From Klebsormidium nitens (taxonomy: Eukaryota; Plantae; Klebsormidiophyceae), in NCBI GenBank assembly GCA_000708835.1, contig DF236956.1:124001-188000 (forward strand): a DNA stretch of 64,000 nucleotides, read 5' to 3'. Below the pieces are notes generated by a model that saw nothing but the letters and a program-made list of their open reading frames with translations, was not told the origin of the DNA and did no database searches. The translations under genes were made by a program, and so were the position numbers. Of the stretch, positions 37,601-50,100 are shown one piece after another. Numbering within the stretch: the first letter of the stretch is position 1; the number at the start of each line of letters is the position of its first letter.

Positions 37601-40600
37601 TGGTCTTCCTCCGGGCGGAGCGCGAGCGGGACTTCCACACGCTCAGAGACAGCCACCGGGGGCCGGTGGTCGCCTTTTCGTACATGGAAAAGGGGAAAGC
37701 GGCGCCCGGGGGAAGGGACTCCGATTGGCTCTTTAGCGCGGGCGCGGACGGGGCGATCAAGCAGTGGGACCTGGACTCGATGACATGTCGCCTGACGCTG
37801 CGGGTGAGGAAGCAAGACTTGGACTGTGGCATTCATCTTCCGCTTCAAGAGGTGTCGGACTTGGAGATTCCTGTATCTTATCGACGCTAATGATGCTACA
37901 ATTCCAGAGGCTATCCACAGATACTTCGTAAAGCTTTGCATAGAAAGTAGACTTTTGGTGTTTCCTTTACCCCTCGCAAGATCTTTCGTCGTTCTTCCGT
38001 TTCCCTCTGCGACTTCCGTAAAGTTGCCCTTTCCGCCATACTGCTAAGACCAGACTCTTTTCTTTGCCGAATGCATTACGATACCGAAAGACTTCGGCAC
38101 CTCGAGTAAACATCCTAACACAAAAGCGCTCCGCACCCGCAACCACCCCAACTCCCAAACTAACCCCAACCGCCCCCCGGGTGCTTTCACAGTGCAACCG
38201 GCTGTGAATTTAGATAAACCTTACTGGACTCTTTCCGTACCGCAGACAGGAAAGGCGGAGCCGAGCTGCCTGCTTTTCTGCGACGAGGAAGAGAGGCTCG
38301 TTTGCGGCCATGAGGACGGGAGCATCAGCCTATGGAATCTGGACACGCGGCAAGCGCTCATGTTGCGGGAGCAGAGGTGACCATCATTCCAGTCCCATTC
38401 GTAGTTTGGCCTCTTACCAAGGATACGTCTGCGAATTTTGAGAAGAAGGCGAGAGGACTTCGATCCTGTGGACTCACTGGAGTCCACTAGTGTGACGCGA
38501 TCGGACTGGCCATGTGATATAGTAAATCCATGAAATCGTCAAAACGTTTTGGCATTGAGGCAGAGCACCAGAGCTGTAGCATTAAAGTCAAGTGGAAGGT
38601 TTCAGCTTTAGCCGATGATTAGACACGCCTCGAGATCAAAGAAGAAGGTAGACGTCATGTAAGATCGATTGAAACACCGCCAATAGCGTCCAATATTGTT
38701 CTTATGCAGCAACACGATCACTGGCTTGGCCTACTTCTCACGAAAGAATGGGGACCACTGTCTGGCGACCGCAAGCTTCGATGGCACGGTATGAAGTCGC
38801 CCTCGTCTTTCCGAAGCGTCCTTCAGTAATCAATTCAACCCTGCATCTCAAAGACTGTATTCAGCAGAGGCACTCCGGCAGGGTTCTGCTGATAGTAGGA
38901 TACAGATGCGCAGCGGTATCTGATCAGGAGGAAGGTAGGCGAGCTGCTAGAGTGTACGTCGCAGCCTCTTGTCACAACTTTTCTGACAGACTTGCTAGAG
39001 TGACTCCACTCCATCAATCAAAAAGGGAGAGCGTGACTGATTTGCGTTTAGCCACTTGATCAATGTGAAAAGAGATTTAACTGCAATTTTCCAAAACCTC
39101 CTTGGAAAAAGATTCTGGGGCATATCAAATGCAAGCAAACGCGGTCCCTGCGTTTTTCGTTCAGTTGGTCGCGCACAAAATCGAGCCTCAGTTCCACGAA
39201 AAAATGCGATGTGCTCTGCTTCCGTAGGCGTCCGGCCCCCTCCGCTCCGCTTTCCGTCTGCCCGGCACGCCCATTCCACGCGCGTTCCGCTCTTCCGTGC
39301 AGGTAGCGGTTTGGAACATACACAGCACCCCTGATGCGTCCCCGCACCTCATTGAGAAGTTCGTCGCGCATGAGGATGCGGAAATCCTGTGCGTTGCACA
39401 CTCGACAAGACATGTAAGAATTGGTCTACCGCTTTGCCTTTTGACGTAGATCTCCTCGTTTACAAAACGACAAGTATCAACGCGTGACCTTTTTGTGCAA
39501 CATGAGTCGACTTCGCCAAATGTAGTCGAGATATGGTAATTTCCTCTGAGGGAACGCCGACTTTCCAGTTGTCCTTGTCGATTCATAGACCCCTTTTAAT
39601 AAGTCGCGTAATATAGTGCATTGAACCAATCTATGACGCGCTTCTGCTTACCGCAGGGAACAATCTGGCCATCAAAGTCCGCAGAAAGGTGAAGTGTCCC
39701 GACACGCTGTGCTTGCAATGAGTTAGAAAAGGAATATTCACGGGTTGGAGGAGCTGCTCTTCACCGCGGGCAACGGCCTGACCATCAATGGAAGGCTTCA
39801 CTTGACCAAGTGCCAAGGCTGATACTTATACCACGATTCTTACCAAATCCGATACGCGCCTTTCCTTCCTTCAACGCAGGAGCGCATGCTCAAAGAATAC
39901 GACACGGTCATTAGGGTGCTAAAAAATGGAATTGCTCCGTCCAACGCAGGAGCTCCTATCCGAAGAAAATGATCTGGCCAAGCAACTTTAAGGCGTCAGT
40001 AGAAGCCTCTCCTTCCGCACGCAGGAGCTCCCGTTCTCATTGGGAACGCTCTGGCCATCACATTCCTGCCCAAAGCGCTATGCTTGTCATAATTTGGAGA
40101 TCATCTGAATAAAGTCTCTCCGCCTCGCAGGAGCTGCTCTTCACGGCGGGCAACGACCTGACAATCAAGGTCTGGGCCACGGTACGCTACACCGAGCCGC
40201 GGGGCGCGCTCTGCGGCCACGAAGCGCCGGTCACGTGCCTTCTGCTAGAGGGGGACCTGCTCTTCTCGGGCTCAGAAGACGGCACCATTCGGATATGGGA
40301 TGTGAGTGAACATCCCGAGTCGAACATAAAGAGAAGTCGCACTCACCTGAAATGTGACCGAAGTCGCCTGAAGTCCTTCCTCTTGTAAACGTTAGGCTTT
40401 CCTGAAGGATTTCCTCGCGCGTTTCCGCCTGCCCCTTGGCGCGAAGCTACTAATTAGAGTATATTTGGGGTCAAAACCCGCCCGGAACCTAGTAGCCTAG
40501 GCTAGCTAGCTAGTCAGACCCCCCGCAAAAGTTGACCGGTACTGCCACTGAGCTAGGATCCTAGCTGAAATTCACCGTAGACCGTGCGATCGAAATTTGA

Positions 40601-41913
40601 CCGTCGCGATCGCGATAAATCGTCCGTACGGTGAGTCAAATTTTAAATTTAATCGCGCGCGACGGTTGCGGGGGGCTGAACCACTGGTCACTAGCCTAGT
40701 AGCCTAGGCTCACTAGGCTAGTAGGTCAGTGGTCGAATTCCGGCCGGTTTTGACCCCAAATCTCCTCTAACTCTCTAATCTGAGGCTCCAAGGTTCTCTA
40801 TTTCGGCAGACCGCATACCACGCCTCAGTTCGTTCCTTGCTTGCTCCGTACTCCTTCAACTTCGATGCATCTCCCATTAAACCGCCAAGGTTTCTCCCGG
40901 CAATCGAATCGTCAAGCATGTCGTTCTTAGGCTAGTTGCTAACTTTGCTGAGACACTTTATGCCGAGAAGCATAGTAGAGCGTAAACACCCAATGAGTTT
41001 CACTATCTTGCCAATTGCAGATCTCGGTGGATTTGGCGTGCGCCCTCCAAAGGACTCTTGAGGGCCACAAGAGCCCCGTGACGGACTTCGCCGTCCAGAA
41101 AGTGACCGGGCGCCTCTTGTCCAGCTCGCAGGACATGCGGGTTCTTGTGTGGGACTACGAAAAGGTGAGAAGCATGGCGTCGAAATCTTTCTTCGAGGCT
41201 TTCATACGTGCAGTTCCAAGCTGCTTTCGTCACTTGCCGTCCGTCCGTCCTTTACGGCTGTCAGGTACGTAATGAAGAAGAGGTTCTTGGTTGATGAAAG
41301 ATCGGGAACGGACCATCTTGCTTTGTCTATTGAGATGAAACTGCAGAAGTTACGAAAGTTGTACAGAACGGTCGTCAAGAAGTGGTTCCGCATCTCACCA
41401 TGCGATAGGGTTGCCTGATAAGCATGTTTGAGCTCGTTGTCGCGTTTTAAGTTCCCTGTGACAAGCCTTTCAGCATTCTATGCTTCATCGATCTTGACTC
41501 GGCGCTTCTTTCCACTACCATTCGGAGCCATCAAGCGAGACAAGCAACCGTATTTCAAAACAGTTCAAAGGTTAGCAACTCGGCAGGACCGCGGCGGGGG
41601 CCGCCCCTTTCGCTCCTCTAAGCCTGAGGAGCATGCATTCTTGACATATAACAAGACTTTGTTCCTACTCTAGGGTCACCTGCTGAAGACGATACCCTAC
41701 GGCGATGAGCTGCGGTGCTTGGCAGCAAGAGCGGAGAATGAAGAGATCCTCGTCGGCACAACACAGGGCAGCATTCTTGTGTACGGGTGTGGAGCTGAAG
41801 CGGCAACGGATCTAATTGTGCAACGGGACGGATCCGAGGGGGAATCGCTTATGGAGGAATTAGAGTCTCGGCTGCAAAAAGAAGGTCAACCAAGGGAACA
41901 AAGTCCTTTGTAA
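31620..41913 (+). CDS. Large WD40-repeat protein with an internal Ser/Pro/Arg-rich insertion
   Basis: Many GH...SGS.D..I++WD repeats across about 16 GT-AG exons, e.g. LAGHNGRVSSL...FSGSSDLSIK|VWD, LTGHGGTVTCM...SGSTDATVRLW, FSAGADGAIKQWD, CGHEAPVTCL...FSGSEDGTIRIWD (40131-40301), LEGHKSPVTDF...SSSQDMRVLVWD; stop at 41911-41913. The start codon is uncertain. Confidence 0.88.
34787..34980 (+). repeat. Coding 33-nt (11-aa) tandem repeat, six units (A-R/H-S/T-P-x7)
   Basis: ARSPEPPNPPR AHSPGASSRSP ARSPDCSNSSR ARSPDPPSRSQ ARSPEPLNIPS ARTPEPLSLAW. Confidence 0.85.
39645..40170 (+). repeat. Acceptor-junction echoes upstream of WD40 exon 40131
   Basis: Pyrimidine tract plus CGCAG|GAGC occurs at about 39875, 39945 and 40020, before the true site at 40130. 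A near-copy of the exon start (gagctgctcttcaccgcgggcaacggcctgaccatcaa) sits at 39751-39788, and another partial copy at about 39651-39680. Confidence 0.88.
40457..40767. mobile_element. Non-autonomous MITE (about 311 bp) in a WD40 intron
   Basis: Imperfect ~30-bp terminal inverted repeats (left GAGTATATTTGGGGTCAAAACCCGCCCGGAA; right reverse complement GAGGAGATTTGGGGTCAAAACCGGCCGGAA), flanked by TA on both sides; subterminal CTAG-rich repeats; no ORF. Confidence 0.82.
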
Positions 41914-44123
41914 GTGAGGAGAAGCGATAATGCAATGTCAAAAAGTTACAGGCTGGCAAGAAGCTTGGAAGCTGTCTATGAAAAGTGTGCACGCAACGGA
42001 GTCAACTGTTTGCGGTCGATGGCACCATATTGATAAAGGCATTGCGCTGGCACGGCCGGCTCTGCTCGTCCAAGTGCATGATCGTCTAATTAATAAATGA
42101 AAGCTAAATCGACATGACATGGCAGACAGATGGTAAGGGCAATGCTCACAAAAAGTCTACAGAAAGTTCTCAAACTTGCAACGAGATACGGTAGCTTATC
42201 AGCTTATGGTGAATCCATACCAGTCATTATTTCATGCAATACCGGTATTATCCGAGTTTGCAACTGCATAATGCACTCACCGTCAGCCTGGGCCCGTCCG
42301 ATTGGCGGACAAACTGTGCCAAATCGTATCGACGGCCTACGATTAAATGGGAAATCACTTGCCAAAGATAGCGGAATCAGACAGAATCACGGCAACCGTC
42401 CAAAACAGCTGCATGCGGCTCAGATGATCTGCACCGTCCAACGTGGTGATCACCCTGGATCGGTTGTGACGGTTGCCAGCTACGTGGACTACTCGAGAGT
42501 CGAGTCCCGACTGGAGTCCTTAAAAGCGCCTGCCTCGCTTATCTCTACAAACTTGCAATCTGCAGAGCTTTCAAAATTGAGCAGGAAGGTCTGCCTACAG
42601 AACGTAGGATTCGAATTGGTAGGAAACGGCGGCTTCTCCTTGCATTCTTCTTCTGGATCTTGCTCGTTCAGAGTTCTCTCAGGTTCTCCACCAATGTTCC
42701 GCAGGTGCATCACTTTTTGTGCTTCGTTGTGAGGGATTCCTCCCACCATTCGTTGCAACCATGTCGCCACGAGCAGGGCAGACTCCTAGTGGGAGAAGCG
42801 GGGCTGAACTCAGGATCTGGCACCCTCAGACTTGCTGTCACCTACTTGTTGTGCTGCTCGGGTTGAGTTATGGCAGCGGTGTGAACGGGCAGACCTTTCA
42901 AAGTGAGTGATGTTCAGATTTTTTTGTTGCAGCATGAGCTCTCCAAAATTGCGAACAGCTTGGCTAAGTCGTGAGCAGACTCTAGGGGCTACTGCCTTGT
43001 GCCCTTTCTTGTAACGAGAAAATAATTCTGGAGCTAACGACTCAAAAAGGGGCCACTCTTGACTTTTAGAAACTCACCAGGTACACGTCTGGCTTTGAAT
43101 GTGGACTCCCTTAGCTCTGTCAGTGTACAATCTCTTGACGCCGCATACCGGGCCGCAAAAAGTATCTTTTCAAGCCTGACAAGGTGATAGTTGAGCTACA
43201 AACTCTGAGCATGTGAGCATGAAATTGCAATCAAGGACCCAGTTCCTGACAATTGTGCTCAAAGCTGGTAGATTTTGCATGTGTAACCCTACGATCAGCT
43301 CTTTCTGAGTTCGGTTGCAAGCTAGCTTTTTGTACTCTCTTCTCCTGTCTCTACTCGTATCAGCCCCCTTTGCTCGTTCTTCTTGCACAGCCAATCAATG
43401 CTTCCGCTCCAAAGCCCTTCCGTGTTTTCCCCAAGCTCTTGAGTCACCAAGCTGTCTCAATCCACTTGTTCCCGTTCTTGGCGCATTCGAGGGTGAAAAT
43501 CCAACACGTTGTCGAAAAAGAATAGAAAAAAAATACCATTCCCTGTCAAACCCCCTGTCTGACCCCCAAAGCAGGATTTTACCCCAGCTCAAGATGACTC
43601 CCAAGACAAAATCTTCTTTCGTGGCCACCTTTTCCCCTTTCTTTCTGTTGGTTGGAAGTCAGACACATGAAAAGAAAAGGTGGTGAAAGAAGAACTTTCA
43701 CTCTTTCCACAAAACCCTTCAGTATGTCTCACATCTGAAGCCTTATCTGCGAGCGCCTCTCCTCATACCATCTCCGTGCTGTGTGCTGGAATTCGATGCC
43801 AGAGAAGTCAGACCCGAACCCTTCTTCTATCCCGCTCTTACTTTAACCCCCTTGGACGGCACCACGACCACCATCCTTTTTTGCTGCACCTCCATTCCTG
43901 TCACTAGGAGCTGGAAGAGATCGATCAAGTAGATCAGAATAAGTACAACAGAAAAGTATAGATATTGTTAGCCTGCCCCCTGACTTGCACTTTGCCCCTG
44001 CACCCCTATGGACGGGGCTCAAAGAACCAACCCCGCTTTTGTTCTTATTCGTCCCCGTTTAAAACCCTTCTGGAGCCCCAGAAGTGGAAGGATACGGAGA
44101 AAGAATACGTGTTCTCCTGGCAG

Positions 44124-47100
44124 ATTTTGCGTCCTGCCCCTCTGGTTGGACTCAGACTTCAAATGGCGGCTGTCACTTACTCGTCAAAAACTCATCCCGA
44201 GTCTCATGGGACGTCGCGGAGCAGCACTGTGTGAATGAGGGGGGACACCTGGCGTCGGCATCCACGCTCGGAGAGTGGCAGGACATCAATGCCACGTGTG
44301 CGGGCAGTGCGCAAACGGACTGCTGGTTTGGGGTGCGCCAGCTGGCGGACCAGGCCCTGCCGAGTGCCGGGTGGTATTGGCAGGTGAGAAGCGACTTTGT
44401 TAAGAAACCAGGTGTTGGAAAGTCTTGGTGGGCTTGTGGAGTACGGACTTTATGTCCGGATGTAGACGGTGGTTTTTATTGGAGTTTCCTGGCTTCTTGA
44501 ATCTCATGCAATGTACTCCCAAGCATTTCGAGGTTTAAGTCAGCCTCACATCGGTCGTCCTAAGGGCGCCTATGAGGGCTTGAGTTGCATGATAGTGTCA
44601 GTATTTTTTGTAGGTGACCAAAGCTTCTGTGTAAAGATGGGTTTTCCGGGCTTGCCGTCGTCTAGTTCGCTCCCTCGAAGAATATTGTGGGGTGACACTC
44701 TATCAAACCTCTTCTGATTCAAAGCCCTAGGATCAACTTTTTGCCACAGCTCTCACAATCGCTGTGCACATCAACCACCAGGTGGCACTTGGGCTTGCAA
44801 GGAAGGTGCACTTTTGGGAAAATTCTCACGAAGTCTCCTCCGGCGGTCGTCTAGACATGCGCAGGGGCTCCCGCAAGAAGAAAGAGACTCTAACAAGAAA
44901 TAGAAGAAAAATACGCGTTTATGTAAACTTCCATTGCTACGCAGGACTGCATGGAAAGAGAGACCAACTCATCCAAGTCCTTCATTGCATTCGCAGGATT
45001 GCATGGCCCAGAATTCGGTCTCCTGGGACCTCATGAACCGGAAGTCGGTCGTCCGGTGGCGCGGCGTTGAGACCGGGGTTGCCAGCACAGCCGAGCCAAA
45101 CGATTACAACAGCGCCGACGGAAGCTACGGTGTCGAGCGCAACAACGAGAACTGCGCCAAGTGGCAGAACGGCCAGATACTGGACTATGCATGCAGCTCA
45201 GTGCTCCCAATCTCCCCTACCGCTTACGTCTGTAGCAAGTCCCGATGTGAGTGAGCTTTTCCTTTTGTATCCAGAAAGCCTCTAGAGTTAAAGTGACTGA
45301 CTTGTAAGCAATCTTGGAACCAGATTGAGAAGAGCGCACTTACTCGCTGGTGGTGAGAACCAAATTGTTTTGCCTAATGTTGGAGTATCAGGGTATACAT
45401 ACTTCGGGGTGTCCAACTGTACAAGCATGTAATGAGGAGGCTACATACCCTACTTGTTCTTCGTCACCCTCTTCTCTGAGATGGTGCACTGCCACTGGTC
45501 TTAGTCTCCGATCAAAATAGAGACGCGAGAGATTGGAGGCAAAATGGACAGGGCTCGCACTCCAAAATTTCAACGCCTTTTGGAGTAAAGTTGCACAGAC
45601 ATTGAGCTCTTCGTCTCTTCTTTATGTTTCACTCGAACGTTAGTCTTTAACCCGAGACTTTCCGTGCCTCGACATTTGGAGCTCTCCCTTTCAAAGCTTT
45701 CCTTGACGCCCCTTTGCGCGATGCGGCCGAGCCCTTCTAAGCAGACTGCAACCTCTTCCAGGCACCTAGAAGCATCTCATATCTTCGTAACTCATCCCCA
45801 GGCTGCCATCCTTTTATGCACCTCAAGCCATCTCAGCCCTGAAACCTTGAAACCCTCGAAACCAATCCGTAACCTTCCTTCAGACTGCACCCCTTCTATG
45901 CACCTCGAGCCATCTCAGCCTAAATCAATTCCTTGCAACTTTTTCGACCTTAAACCCTGCGTAACCTCTCGTAACCGTTTGTATTCCTTCGTAACGCATC
46001 CCTCAGACTGCGGCATCAACGCCACCTCCGTCAGCAGCGGCAGCGGCTCCTCTGCCACGTGTTCCTGCGCGTGCCTCCCCGGATTTGCGGGGGACGGCCA
46101 AAACTGCCGGCCGTGCGACCCGAACGCGACACCTGTCACGTCCAAGAGCGCGAGCGCCGCAGAGACGAGTGCCAGCTGTCTCTGCCGGAGCCCTTACGTG
46201 GGCAACGGCTTCACGTGCCAGCTGTCCGGCTCGGCGAACCTTTGTGAGTGCGGAGCCCTTGTGAGATTGTGAACCCGTGAATTTGGGTTCCACATCTAGG
46301 TGCTTTTTTCTGTAGTAGAGTTTGGCACTGACCTGGGAAGCACGCCGATGTGTGTGGAATCTGTGTCTGTCGTAGCCTGGGTGCTCGACCCTGTATTTGA
46401 GCACTGTCGTCGACAATTTCATCGTAAGGACTACCGTTTGATATTTCGCAACCCAGAGATTGACGATCCGAAACTTACGGAACAAGCAATAATGAGCTGT
46501 GGAGGCAAGAGTGGAATTCTTAGGTCGCTCGGAGGTTGCCACGGAGGACCTTGCAAATCCTGTCTCGGTACTGGTACTGACAAAGTCTTCTCCGCTGGCT
46601 CCTTTGTGCAGCTCTTGCTTTTCCCTCACCCCCCCGGAACGTGGTGAGTGCCCAGAGCGACCCCCCCGATCATGTCTGAATTTTCTCCGTCGTGTTTGTG
46701 CTTCAACGCATCCAACGGTCCAGCTTCGGTATCTGCTTAGTCAACGGGCGTCGACATGCTTCTCGAAGGAACAGGGGTTTTGCTGAAACTCGATGGTGAG
46801 ATCAGCGGACATTTTTATCAACAACAAAACTAGAAAAACTTATAACACCGCTTCAGGCAGCTACAATTAGTCGATTAAGCTTCCCCCGGTTGCTCTCTGC
46901 AGTGCTCGACGTCCCTCGTCTCAAGCGCCCCCGCGGGCAACATCGTCTACAACGACTTCTCCAGCGGGATTCCGTTCAACTGGTTCTGTCCGTTCTGTTC
47001 CGGCGGCCTGACCAACCAGACGGACTCCACTGGAACCTACGTGGTGGCAAGTGCTGCCGCCAGGGGAGGTCGGGTCGATGCGGCTGTGGGGGTGCAAGTC

Positions 47101-50100
47101 AATAACCTGCAGGCGAATCAGAGCCACTATTTTAGCGCATGGGTGAGTTTCAAAACGTTGTTGGATCACCTGTTGGTGATGTCACGAGCGTCAGCATCTG
47201 ACGAAAAGGTTCCGCTGTGTTGCTCCCTTGCGGCTCTCTCTCTTCCCTAACCGAACGAGTAGGGCTTCAGCTTGGCTCATGTCACGAGTCCCTCGAGTTG
47301 AAGTGTTAGGTTTTCCGCTTCGCTGATGTAATCTTTTGGATCTGTATTTACCCCCGGACACGGCCCTTGAGCGCCTTCAATGCAATCTACTAAGGCGTCA
47401 CAAGGTCTTCATCAGAAGCACCCTTTGCAGCAGGACTCTTCGCATCTCATACATCCCGGTCTAGTGCCGCCTTCTCTGTCTCGAGCGTCACTTTCCGGCT
47501 CGCTGACGTCATCCGCCTTCCTTCACAGGTGCGCACGAGGAACGCGGTGAACCAGACCAACCGCGGCGTGATCATCTTCGGGAGCAACACTCTGGCGGCG
47601 GGCAGCTTCCAGGGGGGTCCCTTTTGCATGGCGCCCGTGGCGCTGATCCAAAACGACTGCTGGTCTCTCATTATGGGCGCATTCACACCGCCCACCAGCT
47701 CGCAGATGATCCGTATTGGCGTGTGAGTGCTTTTTCACACCGTCCCTTTCCCTCCGAACCTTCTGGGACGTTTCGTCGCGCTCTTTTAAGAGTTTGCTGT
47801 GGACGCATTCACACCGCCCCCAGCTCGCGGATGATCCGGATCGGCGTGTAAGTGCCTTTTTACACTGTCCTCCTTTTCCCTTTGATTTCCCAAACTCCCT
47901 ATCGTGCTGATCCAAAACAATCGCTAATCGCCGCTGATGGACGCATTTACACCTCCCACCAGCTCACAGACGATCCGGATCGGCGGGTGAGTGTCTATTT
48001 ACACCCGCGCGCCTGTGTTCATTTTGTTCTCACCCCATCAAAAACTCTTTTGTGATTTTCAGACTCGGAGCAACCGCTTTTACATTCTCTTTCATATCCT
48101 GGACCGCAGCGGCGCTCAGGCAGAACTCGAGGATGTTTTCGAGGACTTAATTCACCACGGTGCCCATTTCTGCGAGCTGTAGGAAACGTGACAATTTTCT
48201 GAATCTACTTTGAATCTGGATACTGGAAGTCCAGAAAGTTCGTTGTTCGAAACCTGGGAACCAGTTGAGCACAAGGCGAGAGATCTATCATTGAACTGTA
48301 GGCTTATAGCACTCACTGATTGTTTGTCTCCTTGGCAGTGCGGACACTTCTGCGGACATCCACGTGCACGGCGTGTCCGTCGTTCCACGCAGCACGTCCG
48401 ATATCATCAAAGCGCAGAACGCAAGCATAGATCAGGTGGGCTTATTAATATTTTGAAACGTGTTTCTCCGCGCTCCTTGTAGAACAGATGCGTTATCAGT
48501 GTCCTTTCAGTATCCTGGTCTCTGGTCTTTGATTCTCTGAGTCCGACACTGCGGGAAGTCGGACTCGCTTTGGGAACGTCCGGGATGAAGATGCTGACAG
48601 GAAAGCTCACCTTGACGTCAGCTGCCTCCGCATAGTTGCCAAGTACCAACCCCAGAAAACAGACGCATCCGTTCAGATTCCTTGCAAAACTCTCGCTTCA
48701 GCAGACTTGCCATCTGCCTGCATATGTAACGCTGGCAGCGACGGCCGCATGCGTGACCGTAGTACGGCCCGTTTTCTGGACCGCTAGCTGCCGTCTGGTT
48801 TGGCGGACAACGACAGCTTCTTTCTCAAAACGTCCACGTCCAGAACCCTCTCCCAGTATCCCTACGTGTTTCGGCTGACGTATCTCAGTTGATAGGCTGA
48901 CGTATCTTCATCCGATCGGCTGACGTGTTTTGTCCGACCGTTCGCAGTGGCGCAAGGCACCCCTCCAGCTGTCCTTCCGCCGGAACGGAGCCCCCGTGGC
49001 CGGAACGTTCGACTTGGAGCTTGTCCGTGCGGGCTTTCCATGGTGAGAATCAGGGCCTGTTATGACCAGCGCCTGCTTCCTTTAGACCCTTTGACTCACT
49101 GATCAGGAAAATGTCCGCGGACGCTTCAGGTTTATAGGGCCTTTCAAAGGCAGCTCGACTCTTTCGTGCGTCTGACACAGGTGATCTTGTGGCAAAGAAA
49201 AGAACAGGGAAGGGTTTGAAAATTTTGACTGCGAAGGCCGATGCCTTTTCGACAGGAGGGAGATACCTAGGTGCTTGTCCCACCGTCGGAAGAAATCAAG
49301 TTCCAGAGCTTAGTTGCGGACTGATTGAGCGAAATCAGTCCCGGTACCTTGTGAAGTACCACTGAATCAGGACCAATCGAAACCCCAGAACGAGAACAGT
49401 GCTTCTAGAAGGACGCGTGTCTACCGTCTCTACCTTTCGAAAGATCGCGTGTGCGGCTGACAGGTGTCGATAAATGAGGCTACCAATGAAACTTCGAGCA
49501 GACAGAGTCGTTCTTCTCGGCAGTGCCTGCAAACTCGGTACGCTGACGTCACCTGACCTCACCTAGCGTCGCTTACTCTGCAGGGGCATCCAGGACCTCG
49601 ACACGAAAGTGGTGACGGACTCGGCGCTGCAAAACTTTGTGTTCAACACGTTCAAGGCCAGTGCTGTGGCGCAGGGATTGTCGTGAGTCGCCCCTTTTTC
49701 TGAGATACTATGATTTACCCCCTGGTTCTCGTAGCTAAAATGGGGAACTTTCTGCTTTTAGATTGGTCTATTTCGCATGTTCTGTTGTCCTTGTATGTGG
49801 CATCTGGCTCGAGCGTACCCATACGTCCGCTTTCTGTGTAGCTTACTGCTAGAACCAACCCCTCTTAGAACAGAGGGGTTGTGATTAGTGGACATCTCCT
49901 CAGTTTGACACTGCTATGGGTAATCCATAAAAAGCGAGACAAATCAAGATAAATTTCGCTTTCATCCACCGGTTTAGTGCTGCGCAAAAGTGCCTAAAAG
50001 CCGCGCTGATAAGGTTTGCCATGGGACCCTCTATGCTCATCGACCAGCAAAAGCGGTGCAAACCTTGGATCTGCCTCGTTCCTAAAGGCTCCTTCCCGCT

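Noticed and set aside
42130-42732. 200-aa plus-strand ORF between the WD40 and GH10 genes
   Set aside because: No recognisable motif, no GC-rich codon bias like the true exons, and no convincing splice context.
42932-43490. Possible signal-peptide exons for the lectin-GH10 gene (MSSPKLRTAWLS... joined to ...LQASFLYSLLLSLLVSAPF...)
   Set aside because: The join needs a weak acceptor (ttctgAG), so it is not reported as a feature without transcript data.
46003-46629. 208-aa minus-strand ORF
   Set aside because: Antisense to the EGF exon and its intron; no independent evidence.
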